From positions 10,031-74,030 of the forward strand of contig CAZPMS010000003.1 in the NCBI GenBank assembly GCA_964588165.1: a stretch of DNA of 64,000 bases, written 5' to 3'. The stretch's first letter is position 1, and each line of letters opens with the position of its first letter. The notes beneath the pieces are model-generated. The model saw nothing but the letters and a program-made list of their open reading frames with translations, searched no databases and had not been told where the DNA came from. Below are positions 1 through 10,514 of the stretch, piece after piece. Source of the stretch: an uncultured Gammaproteobacteria bacterium (GTDB lineage: Bacteria; Patescibacteriota; Patescibacteriia; UBA1558; UBA10009). Position numbers and translations under genes: made by a program.

Positions 1-920
1 AAACCCAGCCCACTTTTTACAGGCTGCACAAAAAAAAGGCAGGCACTCCAACAATGGGCGGAGTGATAATTTGGCTGTCTGTTTTAATTTTAGCCCTTGC
101 CACTTTTTATTTATCAAAAATAATACCTTCCGATCTTATTAGGAACCTTAATTTTTTAACCAGGTCAGAAACCCTTTTGCCGCTTGGTGCCTTGGTTGCT
201 TCTGCCTTAGTGGGTTTAGTGGATGATTGGCTTGGTGTAAAAGGCATTGGAAAAAACGGCGGCGGATTAAGAATAAAACACCGGCTGCTTATCTACACAG
301 CCATTGCCATGGTGGGAGCCTATTGGTTTTATTTTAAGCTAGACTGGGATGTTTTACATATTCCTTTTTTAGGAAATTTTGAAATCGGCTGGTGGTATAT
401 CCCGATTTTTATTTTTATTCTGGTAGCTTCTGCTTTCTCGGTGAATGAAACTGATGGGCTGGATGGGCTGGCCGGCGGTGTGCTTTTAACCAGCTTTGGC
501 AGCATGGGTGCTATTTCATTTATTCTTGGCAAATACGATCTTGCCACTTTTTGTGCAGTAATAGTTGGCGCACTTTTAGCCTTTTTATGGTTTAACATTA
601 ATCCGGCCAGATTTTTTATGGGCGATACCGGGGCCATGTCACTCGGTATTACTTTAGGAATTGTAGCCATGTTAACCAATACTGCTCTCTATTTACCAAT
701 AATTGGTGCTGTTTTAGTAATTGAATCCTTATCGGTAATAATCCAAATGGTCTACAAAAAAATTACCGGTGGTAAGAAGGTTTTTTTATCTTCGCCGATC
801 CACCACCATTTTGAGGCTAAGGGATGGTCAGAACCCAAAGTGGTTATGCGTTTTTGGGTAATTTCCGGAGTTACATCGGTAATTGGATTTATCCTTTTCT
901 TATTAGATAAAGCTTGGTAG
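1..920 (+). CDS. mraY: Phospho-N-acetylmuramoyl-pentapeptide transferase (5' truncated by window edge)
   Basis: KKKAGTPTMGG continues upstream of the ORF-track start; VGLVDD, NETDGLDGL, FMGDTG and PIHHHFE motifs. Confidence 0.97.
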   Translation, partial: TQPTFYRLHKKKAGTPTMGGVIIWLSVLILALATFYLSKIIPSDLIRNLNFLTRSETLLPLGALVASALVGLVDDWLGVKGIGKNGGGLRIKHRLLIYTAIAMVGAYWFYFKLDWDVLHIPFLGNFEIGWWYIPIFIFILVASAFSVNETDGLDGLAGGVLLTSFGSMGAISFILGKYDLATFCAVIVGALLAFLWFNINPARFFMGDTGAMSLGITLGIVAMLTNTALYLPIIGAVLVIESLSVIIQMVYKKITGGKKVFLSSPIHHHFEAKGWSEPKVVMRFWVISGVTSVIGFILFLLDKAW

Positions 921-964
921 TTGATATATACTGCTGAAACGAAATATTTTAAGAACATTATTAT

Positions 965-1522
965 ATGGAAAATACTAGACTTGAAAATGAGATTATAGAA
1001 ATAATATCAAAATCACCAGTTAAAACTGATTTACCTCATGCAAAATCAACTAGAAAATGGATTCTGAAATTAAAACCCGACGCAGATTATGCTCTTCAAA
1101 TTTCTGCTTTGGCACATGATATAGAAAGAGGTTTAGAACCTGATTATCATAATAAAACCAAAGAAAAATTCGATAACTATAAAGAACATAAACGTATACA
1201 CTCTGAAAAAAGTGCAAAAGTTATAGTTGAACTACTAGAAAAGTATAATTTTGATAAAGAATTTATTTCTAAAGTTAAACATCTGGTTTTAAAACATGAA
1301 TTTGGTGGTGATTTTGAATCTAATCTTTTAATGGATGCAGATAGTATTTCTTTTTTTGAAGAAAACTTAGTACAATACCATGAGAAATATGGAGAAGAAA
1401 AGACGAGAAAAAAGATTAAATTTATGTATAATAGGATGTCTGATAAAGCAAAAAGTTTAGTCAAAAATATTCAATATGATAATTCTAAATTAAATCTCAT
1501 TCTCAAGGAAGAAACTTCTTAA
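965..1522 (+). CDS. HD-superfamily (DUF4202-like) protein inserted between mraY and murD
   Basis: H...ALAHDIER, HSEKSA, KHE and LMDADSISFF HD-type motifs. Confidence 0.75.
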   Translation: MENTRLENEIIEIISKSPVKTDLPHAKSTRKWILKLKPDADYALQISALAHDIERGLEPDYHNKTKEKFDNYKEHKRIHSEKSAKVIVELLEKYNFDKEFISKVKHLVLKHEFGGDFESNLLMDADSISFFEENLVQYHEKYGEEKTRKKIKFMYNRMSDKAKSLVKNIQYDNSKLNLILKEETS

Positions 1523-1576
1523 TTTCGTAAGAGATAAATTGAAAAATATTTTTAAACAGAGTACAACACCCCATAA

Positions 1577-2899
1577 ATGAAACTATCTGACTTAAATAAT
1601 AAAAAAATAGCTTTCTTGGGGCTAGGGATTGAAAATGTATCCCTAGTTAAATTTTTATTATCAAAAAAGATAAAGGCTGATTTTACTATTTGTGATCAAC
1701 GTTCAAAAACACAGCTTCAATTAAGATATACCGGTTTTTCAAAAAATAAAAAAATAAAATGGCAGCTGGGTAAAAACTATGATTCTAACTTAGAAAGTTT
1801 TGATATTATCATAAGGTCGCCCGGTTATCCTTTATTCACAAAAAATATTTTAAAGGCAAAAAAAGCTGGAACGAAAATTACCAGCCCCATTAAGTTATTT
1901 TTTTCAATATCTCCAACCAAAAACATTATTGGCGTAACCGGCACTAAGGGGAAGGGGACAACCGCTTCCTTAATCCATTTTATTTTAAAATCAGCAGGTA
2001 AAGATTCTTACATTGGCGGCAATATAGGCATTCCGGTTTTTGACTTTTTTAAAAAGCTTAAAAAAAACAGCTGGGTGGTTTTAGAACTCTCCAGTTTTCA
2101 CTTAGAGGATTTAGATGTTAGCCCAAAAATTTCTGTAATCACAAACTTTTACAAAGAGCATTTAGCTCCAGCCGACACCTACAATCCTAATTTCCACAAA
2201 TCTTTAGCAGGTTATTGGAAATCAAAACTCAATATTGCCAAGCTTTTAGATAAAAAAAATATTACCATAGTCAATAAATCATTAAAGAAAAAAATTCAAG
2301 GCAAAAAATTAAATTCCAAAATAATTTATTTCTCAAAATCTAATTTACCATCTAAGCTAGTAGGGGAGCATAATAAAGAAAATATTGATGCAGCAATTAA
2401 AGTTGCAAAACTTATTGGTATTAAAGAAAAAAATATTGCCGATTCTGTTACAAAATTTAAAGGCCTGGAGCACAGGCTCGAATTTGTTAAAAAAACCAAA
2501 CAGGTTAAATTTTTTAATGATAGTTTTGCCACTACCGAAGAAAGTGCCATTACGGCAATTGAATCATTTAATCAGCCAATAATTTTATTAGCCGGTGGCG
2601 CTGATAAAGGAGCTGACTTTAAAAAATTAGTTAAAAAAATTAAGAACAAAGTAAAATATGTAGTTTTGTTTGATGGTGATGCCACGCCTAAGCTTAAAAA
2701 GGCTTTATTATCCATTAATTATTCAAAAACCAGCCTTAAAACCGTACACAACATGAAGCAGGCTGTAAAAACAAGTTTCTTAGCTTCTAAACCAAATGAT
2801 ATCATTCTGCTATCACCGGCCTGTGCCAGTTTTGGCATGTTTAAAAATTATAAAGAGCGCGGAAAACTATTTAAAAAAGAGGTAAAACTCCTAAAATAG
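1577..2899 (+). CDS. murD: UDP-N-acetylmuramoyl-L-alanine--D-glutamate ligase
   Basis: RSPG, GVTGTKGKGTT, GGNIG, LELSSF, HRLE, NDS and LSPACASF motifs; dcw context. Confidence 0.97.
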   Translation: MKLSDLNNKKIAFLGLGIENVSLVKFLLSKKIKADFTICDQRSKTQLQLRYTGFSKNKKIKWQLGKNYDSNLESFDIIIRSPGYPLFTKNILKAKKAGTKITSPIKLFFSISPTKNIIGVTGTKGKGTTASLIHFILKSAGKDSYIGGNIGIPVFDFFKKLKKNSWVVLELSSFHLEDLDVSPKISVITNFYKEHLAPADTYNPNFHKSLAGYWKSKLNIAKLLDKKNITIVNKSLKKKIQGKKLNSKIIYFSKSNLPSKLVGEHNKENIDAAIKVAKLIGIKEKNIADSVTKFKGLEHRLEFVKKTKQVKFFNDSFATTEESAITAIESFNQPIILLAGGADKGADFKKLVKKIKNKVKYVVLFDGDATPKLKKALLSINYSKTSLKTVHNMKQAVKTSFLASKPNDIILLSPACASFGMFKNYKERGKLFKKEVKLLK

Positions 2900-2900
2900 T

Positions 2901-4067
2901 ATGAGAAAAAAAAGCTTGTCAGAAAAAATAAAAGATCTAATTGCTTATCCCTTGGGACATAAGTTTTATAATCATGGTCCCGATATTATTTTATTGGTAA
3001 CTTTGGGGCTGATAATTCTTTTTGGCCTAATGATGCTTTCTTCGGCCAGCTCTGTCCAAGCTTTCCAAAAATTCGGCGATAGTTATTATTTTTTCAAAAA
3101 TCAACTTTTAAAAGGTCTAATTCCGGGCCTGATTGCTTTTTATATTGCCTCCCGTATAGACTATAGAACTTGGAAAAAATATGCCTTTGTTATGCTGATA
3201 GTTTCTGTAGTTTTATTGATTTTGGTTTTTATACCAGGGTTTGGCGTAAGTTATGGCAAAGCCCAAAGCTGGCTTAAGATAGGGCCTATTGGTTTCCAAC
3301 CCACAGAAATTGTTAAGTTAACTTTTTTAGTTTATCTGGCTACTTGGCTAGAAAAAAGAGGGGAAAGGGGATTAAAAGACCCACAATACGGCTTATTGCC
3401 ATTTTTATTTGCTATGGGCGTAATTAGTTTTTTAATATTGGCCCAACCGGATATGGGCACTTTAATGATTATTATCGCCATTAGCTTTATAATTTATTTT
3501 ATTGCCGGCGCGCCTCCTAAATATATTCTTGGCATTACTGCCGGCGCTTTGGTTATTTTATTTATAGCTATTCAGGTGGCGCCTTACCGCCTGGCCAGAT
3601 TTACCACCTTTTTTAATGCAGATGCAGACCCACAAGGAGTTGGTTACCACATTAGCCAATCAAAGCTGGCTATCGGTTCTGGCGGCCTAATCGGCCTGGG
3701 CATTGGCAAATCACGCCAAAAATTCAATTACTTGCCAGAAGTTTATGGTGATTCTATTTTTGCCATTATTGCCGAAGAAATGGGTTTTGTTTTTTCCATA
3801 ATTTTAGTTTTATTATTCTTAACTTTTGCCATAAGGGGACTTAAAATAGGCCGGGCTTCTCCCGATATGTTCGCGAAACTACTGGCCATTGGCATAACCA
3901 GTTGGATAACTTTCCAAGCTTTCATTAATATTGGCGCCATGGTAGGCTTACTACCGTTAACAGGAATTCCTTTGCCATTTATAAGTTATGGCGGAACTTC
4001 GCTTACAATTTCTTTATTTGCGGTTGGTATTTTAATAAATATTTCCAAACAAACTAAAACTGTTTAA
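2901..4067 (+). CDS. ftsW: SEDS peptidoglycan polymerase FtsW
   Basis: FQPTEIVK, QPDMGT, GSGG..GLG, LPLTGIPLPFISYGGTS; lies between murD and murG. Confidence 0.95.
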   Translation: MRKKSLSEKIKDLIAYPLGHKFYNHGPDIILLVTLGLIILFGLMMLSSASSVQAFQKFGDSYYFFKNQLLKGLIPGLIAFYIASRIDYRTWKKYAFVMLIVSVVLLILVFIPGFGVSYGKAQSWLKIGPIGFQPTEIVKLTFLVYLATWLEKRGERGLKDPQYGLLPFLFAMGVISFLILAQPDMGTLMIIIAISFIIYFIAGAPPKYILGITAGALVILFIAIQVAPYRLARFTTFFNADADPQGVGYHISQSKLAIGSGGLIGLGIGKSRQKFNYLPEVYGDSIFAIIAEEMGFVFSIILVLLFLTFAIRGLKIGRASPDMFAKLLAIGITSWITFQAFINIGAMVGLLPLTGIPLPFISYGGTSLTISLFAVGILINISKQTKTV

Positions 4068-4107
4068 AAAAACTTGTCATTTAACAATTCAACAGGAGGA
4101 TAGGGGG

Positions 4108-4899
4108 ATGAAAAAAGCCTTCTTTTTTATTTTGATTTTTCTTCTTCCTCTCCAAATTACTGGCCAGGAAGAACGGATTATCTCCGAAGATTTAAGGTAT
4201 GATGTTTGGAAGATTGTTGTAGTGGCTAAAGCCAATTTTACAACTTCCAGCATTGGCAACGTCCACCAAATCAGCTATAACGGCAAAACCACAACCTTGG
4301 GTTGGATTATAAGCAAACTGGCTGGAAAAAAATTAATTCATAAAGAGGGTATTTGCACTTATAATCCTCAAACAGGCTTGCCTTTAGAGTTCCATCACTT
4401 TGACCGTGACCTAAACCGTTCACAAACCTGGCTGATTAATCAAGCAGAAAGTGTTTATCACACGTCATTCAACCACGGTGTTTTGCAAAGCAAAACTACG
4501 CATTACTTAAACGGCCATAATGTTCATGATATTCTAAGTGCTTTGCTTTATTTCAGAAAGCACTTAATTAATGAGTGGTCGCCCAGCGAAAAAGATGACT
4601 CTATCAACATGTTAGTTGTAAATAGTTCTACAGTTATCCAGGTGCCTATTATTTATTTGGGTAAACATGATGTTAAAATAAGGAATCAGAGGTTTAGCAC
4701 TCAACTATTTGATATTAACATCGGTAGCTTGGGCGAACAGCTTTTTGGCGGAGAAGGAAGCCTAAAGATGTATTGCACAACCGATAGTCTTCATTTACCA
4801 GTTAAAATGATGGCTAAAGTTAAAATAAACGGCAATCTCTTAGACATTTCAGCTAATCTAAACCTAGAAAGATCTTTTATTCCCAACTACAAACCTTAA
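4108..4899 (+). CDS. Secreted DUF3108-like protein (cassette insertion in dcw cluster)
   Basis: Signal peptide; HDILSALLYFR and TDSLHLPVKM segments; AGGAGG SD; own terminator. Confidence 0.6.
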   Translation: MKKAFFFILIFLLPLQITGQEERIISEDLRYDVWKIVVVAKANFTTSSIGNVHQISYNGKTTTLGWIISKLAGKKLIHKEGICTYNPQTGLPLEFHHFDRDLNRSQTWLINQAESVYHTSFNHGVLQSKTTHYLNGHNVHDILSALLYFRKHLINEWSPSEKDDSINMLVVNSSTVIQVPIIYLGKHDVKIRNQRFSTQLFDINIGSLGEQLFGGEGSLKMYCTTDSLHLPVKMMAKVKINGNLLDISANLNLERSFIPNYKP

Positions 4900-4937
4900 A
4901 ACCCGTTTTTGAGCAAATTCATAGCGGGTTTTTTTAT
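4897..4937 (+). terminator. Intrinsic terminator
   Basis: aaaacccgtt...agcgggttttttt hairpin plus U tract. Confidence 0.7.
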
Positions 4938-4975
4938 TTATTGATTTTTAATCATTTTTAAGTTATATTTGCTTC

Positions 4976-6013
4976 ATGAAAATTGTTTTAACTGGTGGCG
5001 GAACACTGGGTTCTGTTAGCCCGCTAATCGCCGTTTGGCAACAACTGGTAAAAAGGGATAATAGCCTAGAAACTTTATTTTTAGGTACTTTTTCCGGTCC
5101 TGAAAAAAACTTTTTAAATCAGTATTCTGATATTAAATTTAAACCAATTCCATCAGGCAAATTAAGAAGGTATTTTAGCCTTAAAAACTTTATAGATCCG
5201 TTTTTAATTGCAGCTGGCTTTTTTAGTTCATTTTTCATTTTATTAAAATTTAAGCCACAGGTAATTTTTTCAGCAGGAGGTTTTGTTTCGGTGCCTGTTA
5301 TTTTTGCCGGAAAACTTTTGGGTATAAAAATAATAATCCATCAGCTTGATATTGAGCCAACATTAAGTAACAAACTGGTACAAAATAAAGCTGATAAAAT
5401 TACGGTAACTTTTGAAAAATCCCTAAATGACTTTCCTAAAGAAAAAACAGTCTTGGTCGGTTCAGTCTTACGAGACGAAATTAAAAATTTGTCTCTTGTT
5501 TCTTGTCCCTTGTCTCTTTTGATCCTCGGTGGTGGTACCGGAGCATTAAGTTTAAATAAATTAATCCAACAAACCGTTCCTTTGCTTTCTAAAAAAATAA
5601 AAATTCACCACGTAACCGGCAAAGGCAAACAAACTAAAATCAAATCAGATAATTACCATCAATATGAATTACTAACTGATGATTATTATCAAAAAATTAC
5701 TGAAGCCAGCATGATTATTACCAGGGCCGGACTTTCAACTTTAATGGAACTTTCTTATTTAGCTAAGCCTTCAATCATCATACCCATACCTGATTCTCAC
5801 CAAGTAGCCAACGCTAAATATTTTTCGGATAAAAATGGAGGTATATATTTAGAGCAAAACAAATTATCGCCTCAAATTTGGGCTAATAAAATCAAAGCGC
5901 TTCTAGGAGATGAAAATAAAATAAAGGCATTAGGGAAATCAATTAATACTTCCATAAATCATGGTGGTGAAACTAAAATTGCAAATCTAATTTATGAATT
6001 CAAACAAAAATAA
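4976..6013 (+). CDS. murG: Undecaprenyl-PP-MurNAc-pentapeptide GlcNAc transferase
   Basis: TGGGTLG, SGKLRRYF, GGFVSVP, GGGTGA, RAG and HQVANA motifs. Confidence 0.95.
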   Translation: MKIVLTGGGTLGSVSPLIAVWQQLVKRDNSLETLFLGTFSGPEKNFLNQYSDIKFKPIPSGKLRRYFSLKNFIDPFLIAAGFFSSFFILLKFKPQVIFSAGGFVSVPVIFAGKLLGIKIIIHQLDIEPTLSNKLVQNKADKITVTFEKSLNDFPKEKTVLVGSVLRDEIKNLSLVSCPLSLLILGGGTGALSLNKLIQQTVPLLSKKIKIHHVTGKGKQTKIKSDNYHQYELLTDDYYQKITEASMIITRAGLSTLMELSYLAKPSIIIPIPDSHQVANAKYFSDKNGGIYLEQNKLSPQIWANKIKALLGDENKIKALGKSINTSINHGGETKIANLIYEFKQK

Positions 6014-6037
6014 AAAAGGTGCCCATTTTTGAACACC

Positions 6038-6445
6038 TTACGCAAATACTCTTTTATTCTTAAAGAGATTTACAAAATAGATAATTGCCATAACCATTAA
6101 TAGAAAATCAATCGTTGACAATGATACACTGGAAATCTGAATATCAAACAAGTAGATTGAAATTCTACTAATAAACGGCTCTTTAATTGCTACTGAAACT
6201 TTGTCTGCATTTCTTAGATAGTTCTCCAGCATAGTTAATGGACAATCACCACAAATTAAATTTGCAGGGAAAATACATAGCATTAAGCTGAAGCTAAGAT
6301 TCATGAATATAATTGTCCTTTTACTTGCCTGATTAACCAGCCTTCTGAAAACATAATAAACGTAAGTGGTAATTCCTGATAAAATCAAAAATATGTAGAT
6401 AAGATGAATTGATGCCACTATTCCAGCAAAAATTTTGAGTAGCAA
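6038..6445 (-). CDS. Membrane protein, DUF2784-like (cassette insertion)
   Basis: Hydrophobic helices; CPLTMLENYLR motif; GGAGGT SD before TTG start; TTGACT promoter at 6519-6514. Confidence 0.6.
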   Translation of the reverse strand: MLLKIFAGIVASIHLIYIFLILSGITTYVYYVFRRLVNQASKRTIIFMNLSFSLMLCIFPANLICGDCPLTMLENYLRNADKVSVAIKEPFISRISIYLFDIQISSVSLSTIDFLLMVMAIIYFVNLFKNKRVFA

Positions 6446-6526
6446 TTTACACCTCCCATTTAATGAATAATTTTTAAATGTTATGCAATGATTTTAAAGA
6501 ATAATATCTAATTAGTCAATTTAAAA

Positions 6527-7900
6527 ATGGATTTAGCTAAAATTAAAAAAGTCCACTTAATAGGCATTGGAGGCATTGGAGTTTCTGCTATTGCCAAGCT
6601 TTTTTTGCATCATAAAAAAAAGGTTATTGGCTCTGATGTTCACTTAACAGAAATTACTGATGAACTTACAAACAGGGGAGTAACAATTTATAACAGCCAT
6701 CAACCAGGCAATTTAGCAGAAGATACCAGCTTAGTTGTTTTTTCACCGGCTGTACCGCCTGATAATCCTGAAAGGGCAAAAGCCAAAAAATTAAATATAG
6801 AACAGCTAAGTTATCCCGAATTTTTGGGTGAGCTTTCCCTTAAGTACCAAACTATTGCAATTTCCGGAACCAACGGCAAGTCCACCACTACCGCTATGGT
6901 TGGAAAAATTTTTGAAGCCGCCGGTTTTGATCCAACTGTAATAGTGGGCACCCAGGTTCCCGGTTTTGACGGAAACTTAAGAATTGGTAAATCCAGCTTT
7001 TTAATAGTAGAAGCCTGTGAATGGAAGGCACATATGCTTAAACTGGCACCGCAAACCATAGTTTTAACCAATTTAGAAGAAGACCATCTGGATTTTTACA
7101 AGGATTTGGATGATATTAAACACCATTTTCAAAAATTTATTGACCTTTTGCCAATTAAAGACGGGCTACTGGTTTATAACGGTAATGATGAAAATTTAAA
7201 ATCTTTAACTAAAGAAAAAGGCTATCAAATTGCTGGCTGGTCAGTTGATGAGGCTAAAATTGAAACTAAAAATAAAAAACAGCACTTTCAATATAATAAA
7301 ACTGATTTTACTCTGCAAATTCCAGGAAAATATAATGTAGCCAATGCCTTAGCAGCCATTACTGTGGCTAGGCAATATAATATTTCTGATGTAATTATAA
7401 AAAAAGCTTTGCCTGAATTTCCCAACTGTTGGAGAAGATTTGAAATTTTGGGCGCTGTAAAAAATAAAGCTAATACTTTATTAATATCAGACTATGCCCA
7501 TCATCCGGATGCCTTGGAGGGTTTATTAAAAGCAACTAAAAATTTTTATCCAGCCAACAGATTATTTGTAATTTTCCAGCCCCACCACTTTGATAGAACC
7601 TATAAATTATTTGGGGATTTTGTAAAAAGCTTTTCCGAAGCTGATTTAATTTTAATAAATGAAGTTTATGATGTAGCCGGCCGTAAAAAGGATGGGATTA
7701 GGACTGTTGGCTCGCAAAAGATGGTTAAAGAAGTTCAAAAAATAAATCCGGGAAAAGAAGTTATATTTTCGGCAGATTTAAAAAAAACAGAGCAGATAAT
7801 TTTAGAAAAAGTTAAAGAAAATGATATAGTTCTAATAGTAGGCGCGGGGGATATAGATGAAGTAGCCAGAAATTTAACAAAAAAATCCTCCGATATATAA
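6527..7900 (+). CDS. murC: UDP-N-acetylmuramate--L-alanine ligase
   Basis: GIGGIGVS, GTNGKSTTT, EACE, DHLD, DYAHHP and FQPH motifs. Confidence 0.97.
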   Translation: MDLAKIKKVHLIGIGGIGVSAIAKLFLHHKKKVIGSDVHLTEITDELTNRGVTIYNSHQPGNLAEDTSLVVFSPAVPPDNPERAKAKKLNIEQLSYPEFLGELSLKYQTIAISGTNGKSTTTAMVGKIFEAAGFDPTVIVGTQVPGFDGNLRIGKSSFLIVEACEWKAHMLKLAPQTIVLTNLEEDHLDFYKDLDDIKHHFQKFIDLLPIKDGLLVYNGNDENLKSLTKEKGYQIAGWSVDEAKIETKNKKQHFQYNKTDFTLQIPGKYNVANALAAITVARQYNISDVIIKKALPEFPNCWRRFEILGAVKNKANTLLISDYAHHPDALEGLLKATKNFYPANRLFVIFQPHHFDRTYKLFGDFVKSFSEADLILINEVYDVAGRKKDGIRTVGSQKMVKEVQKINPGKEVIFSADLKKTEQIILEKVKENDIVLIVGAGDIDEVARNLTKKSSDI

Positions 7901-7930
7901 TCAGAGGATGTTGGACTTACATCAAACTTG

Positions 7931-8167
7931 TTACCTCCAACGACCAGCATGTGTTGCTGATTCCACTTGTCCGTTGCCAAAATCGACACTTATTTTCCAG
8001 TTACAGCCATTAAGGCCAAAATTACAGCTGACCAGACTAATTTCTACATTATTTTCAGCTGATACAGCTTTGATCCTCCTTTGTAAATCTTCCTCGCAGT
8101 TTGCTCCGAGAGCAACGTCATCACGGATAGTAAATATTCGAGTATTTCCTGCAGTATCTACCGGCAT
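7931..8167 (-). CDS. Small hypothetical protein (cassette insertion between murC and murB)
   Basis: GGAGGAG SD upstream of ATG; TTGACA at 8234-8229. Confidence 0.6.
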   Translation of the reverse strand: MPVDTAGNTRIFTIRDDVALGANCEEDLQRRIKAVSAENNVEISLVSCNFGLNGCNWKISVDFGNGQVESATHAGRWR

Positions 8168-8237
8168 TTCTCCTCCAAGGGCTAGTTCACGTTCTCGGTA
8201 ATTTAAACCTAACTATTAATAAACAATTTGTCAATAT

Positions 8238-9191
8238 ATGCTAAATCCATTTAATAACCCAAAGGTTTTAGAAAACGAACCATTAAAAAACCATACTACT
8301 TTCCAAATTGGCGGTCCGGCCAAGTATTTTGTTGAATTATCTGAAACTGATGATTTAATCAATATCTTAAAAACTGCCAAAGATAATAAAATCTCTTATA
8401 TTTTTATTGGCGGCGGTAGTAATCTTTTGGTCAGCGACGACGGATTTGATGGCTTGGTAATAAAAATAAAGCCCTATAATATAAAAATTAACGGAACTGG
8501 AGTAGAAGTTGATGCAGGTTATCCTTTGGCCGGTTTAATAATGGAATGTCTAGACAACCAACTGACTGGCTTGGAATTTGCCGCCGGCGTACCCGGAACA
8601 GTTGGTGGTGCTATAAAAGGCAATGCTGGCACTTACGGTGAAGCTATGGATAAAGTAATTAAAGAAGTAACTTATCTTGATGAAAATTTAGAAGTTAAAA
8701 CTTTAAATAAAAAAGATTGTAGTTTTTCTTATAGGCACAGTATTTTTAAGGAAAATGAAAAATGGTTAATAATTTCAGCAATTTTGACGCTAGAAAAAGA
8801 TGGCAAAGAAGCTTCAAAAAAATTAATTGATGAAAGAATCCAAAAGCGGATGGATTCTCAGCCATATGGCCAACCTTCAGCCGGCTGTGCTTTTAAAAAT
8901 ATTATATACACTGATGAAATTGCCAAAAAAATGGAATCATTAGGCTGGGAACTTTCTGATAAATTCAAAAAATATAAAAAAATACCAGCAGCTTTTGTTA
9001 TTGAACAATTAGGTTTAAAAGGCAAAACAATTGGCAAGGCTCAAATCTCGGCCAAACATGCCAACTATATTGTAAATTTAGGTGGAGCAACCGCTGATGA
9101 TGTAGTCCAATTGATAAGTTATATTAAACAACAAGTAAGGGATAAAGTTGGCGTTCAGCTCCAGGAAGAAGTGAGGTATTTTGGTTTTTAA
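8238..9191 (+). CDS. murB: UDP-N-acetylenolpyruvoylglucosamine reductase
   Basis: IGGPA, GGGSN, GVPGTVGGA..GNAG, SAGCAFKN and HANYIVN motifs. Confidence 0.97.
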   Translation: MLNPFNNPKVLENEPLKNHTTFQIGGPAKYFVELSETDDLINILKTAKDNKISYIFIGGGSNLLVSDDGFDGLVIKIKPYNIKINGTGVEVDAGYPLAGLIMECLDNQLTGLEFAAGVPGTVGGAIKGNAGTYGEAMDKVIKEVTYLDENLEVKTLNKKDCSFSYRHSIFKENEKWLIISAILTLEKDGKEASKKLIDERIQKRMDSQPYGQPSAGCAFKNIIYTDEIAKKMESLGWELSDKFKKYKKIPAAFVIEQLGLKGKTIGKAQISAKHANYIVNLGGATADDVVQLISYIKQQVRDKVGVQLQEEVRYFGF

Positions 9192-9195
9192 TAAA

Positions 9196-9316
9196 CCGAG
9201 AATAAATTTCTCGGCTTCGTTTTTTTCTCCGAAATAGAACCTTTATAGTTCTGTCTAAGCGAACCATGAAGGTTCGCCTTCGTTTCTTGTGTCCGTAACA
9301 GAGGAACTTGTCCTCT
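9196..9316. ncRNA. Candidate structured element: two tandem hairpin-linker-hairpin units
   Basis: Four hairpins; linkers cttcgtttttttctccg (9215-9231) and cttcgtttcttgtgtccg (9278-9295) are related. Confidence 0.35.
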
Positions 9317-9379
9317 AGAATTCATCTGTTTTAAATAAGAAAAAGACCTCCGGTGGAATGGAAGTCTTTTTGGTTTGGT

Positions 9380-10381
9380 TTAGTAATCGCGAAAGTATTC
9401 AGAACTAGGCTCATCATTTACCACCGATGTAATCAGGTCGCCAAAATAACCCGAGGCGTCTACCACAATAAATTTCTCTGGACCGAAATCCAAAAACTCT
9501 TGTGGAATCGGATTGGAATTGGTAGTAACAAACGCCGTCAACCAACCCTTATTAAAAGCCTCTTTTAAATTATCATACGTCTTACCGGGGGCCGGATCAA
9601 AATGAGGCGCAAAGGCATAAATGCCTTTATTGGTCTGCTGGCGAAGGCTTTTGCAGCCGCCCTTGAGAGTGCCCAGAGTAAGCGCCATGTCATCAAATAA
9701 TCCAATATTTTGGCCTACAACTTCACCAAAAAACTGCTGCCTGGAAAGTGAATTTTCAACCCGGTGATCATGCTCTTTGGCCGCTAAAACGATCGGCGTT
9801 TTAAGGCCTAAAAGGGTGCTAACCTTAATTGCCCTCGGGCTTGAGCCCCAATCAGTTGCCGAAACTTGGTCAATACCCATTTCCTTTGCTTTTTCAATCA
9901 GCAAGCTTAGCAAGTAAAATCGTCGCCGGTAGCATGGTGAAAAAAATCCAAGATGCGATGATTGATGCAGGTCAAAACAGTAAATTGACTTTGGCCCCAA
10001 GTTTGCAATCTCCCTGGCAATACTTACAGCATTGGGATCATGGCCGTCTGAATGATCAATATCATCTTTAGTGCAAAACCAAGAAAGAATAATATAAATC
10101 TCTTCAGCATTCGCGCAAGAGCTGTATATCTGCTTCAGCTCTTCAAGCGGCGATCCAATGCCGGTATACTGCAAACTGGTAACAATAAAAACCTGTTTTC
10201 CTTTAAAAGTTACACCATCTGGTCTAACACATCTGGGATAGCCATTCCCCCAAGGCTCAGTGTCAAAAAATACCGGCTCAACACCAATGTATTCACCTAT
10301 GCCACTAACCAGGGAATGATTTGTCCTGCCTGAAACTATGGCAAAATTCTGATGATTTAGTGCTTTACCTTTACTGTTCAC
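9380..10381 (-). CDS. Divergent ribose-phosphate pyrophosphokinase (PRPP synthase) family protein
   Basis: FDLHQ, ATDWGS, FDDMALTLGT PRTase motif and VTTNSNP; likely GTG start at 10381 after AAGGAGG (ORF track starts at 10429). Confidence 0.75.
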   Translation of the reverse strand: MNSKGKALNHQNFAIVSGRTNHSLVSGIGEYIGVEPVFFDTEPWGNGYPRCVRPDGVTFKGKQVFIVTSLQYTGIGSPLEELKQIYSSCANAEEIYIILSWFCTKDDIDHSDGHDPNAVSIAREIANLGPKSIYCFDLHQSSHLGFFSPCYRRRFYLLSLLIEKAKEMGIDQVSATDWGSSPRAIKVSTLLGLKTPIVLAAKEHDHRVENSLSRQQFFGEVVGQNIGLFDDMALTLGTLKGGCKSLRQQTNKGIYAFAPHFDPAPGKTYDNLKEAFNKGWLTAFVTTNSNPIPQEFLDFGPEKFIVVDASGYFGDLITSVVNDEPSSEYFRDY

Positions 10382-10514
10382 GAGTCCACCCTCCTTATGA
10401 CCGTTATTTTTATGTGCTTTGATATTCATATATTATAACTCTACCAGAAATTGTCAAAGTGGACAAAATCTGTTAGAATTGGCTTACTTAATTTTTTACA
10501 AAATATCTTAAAAT

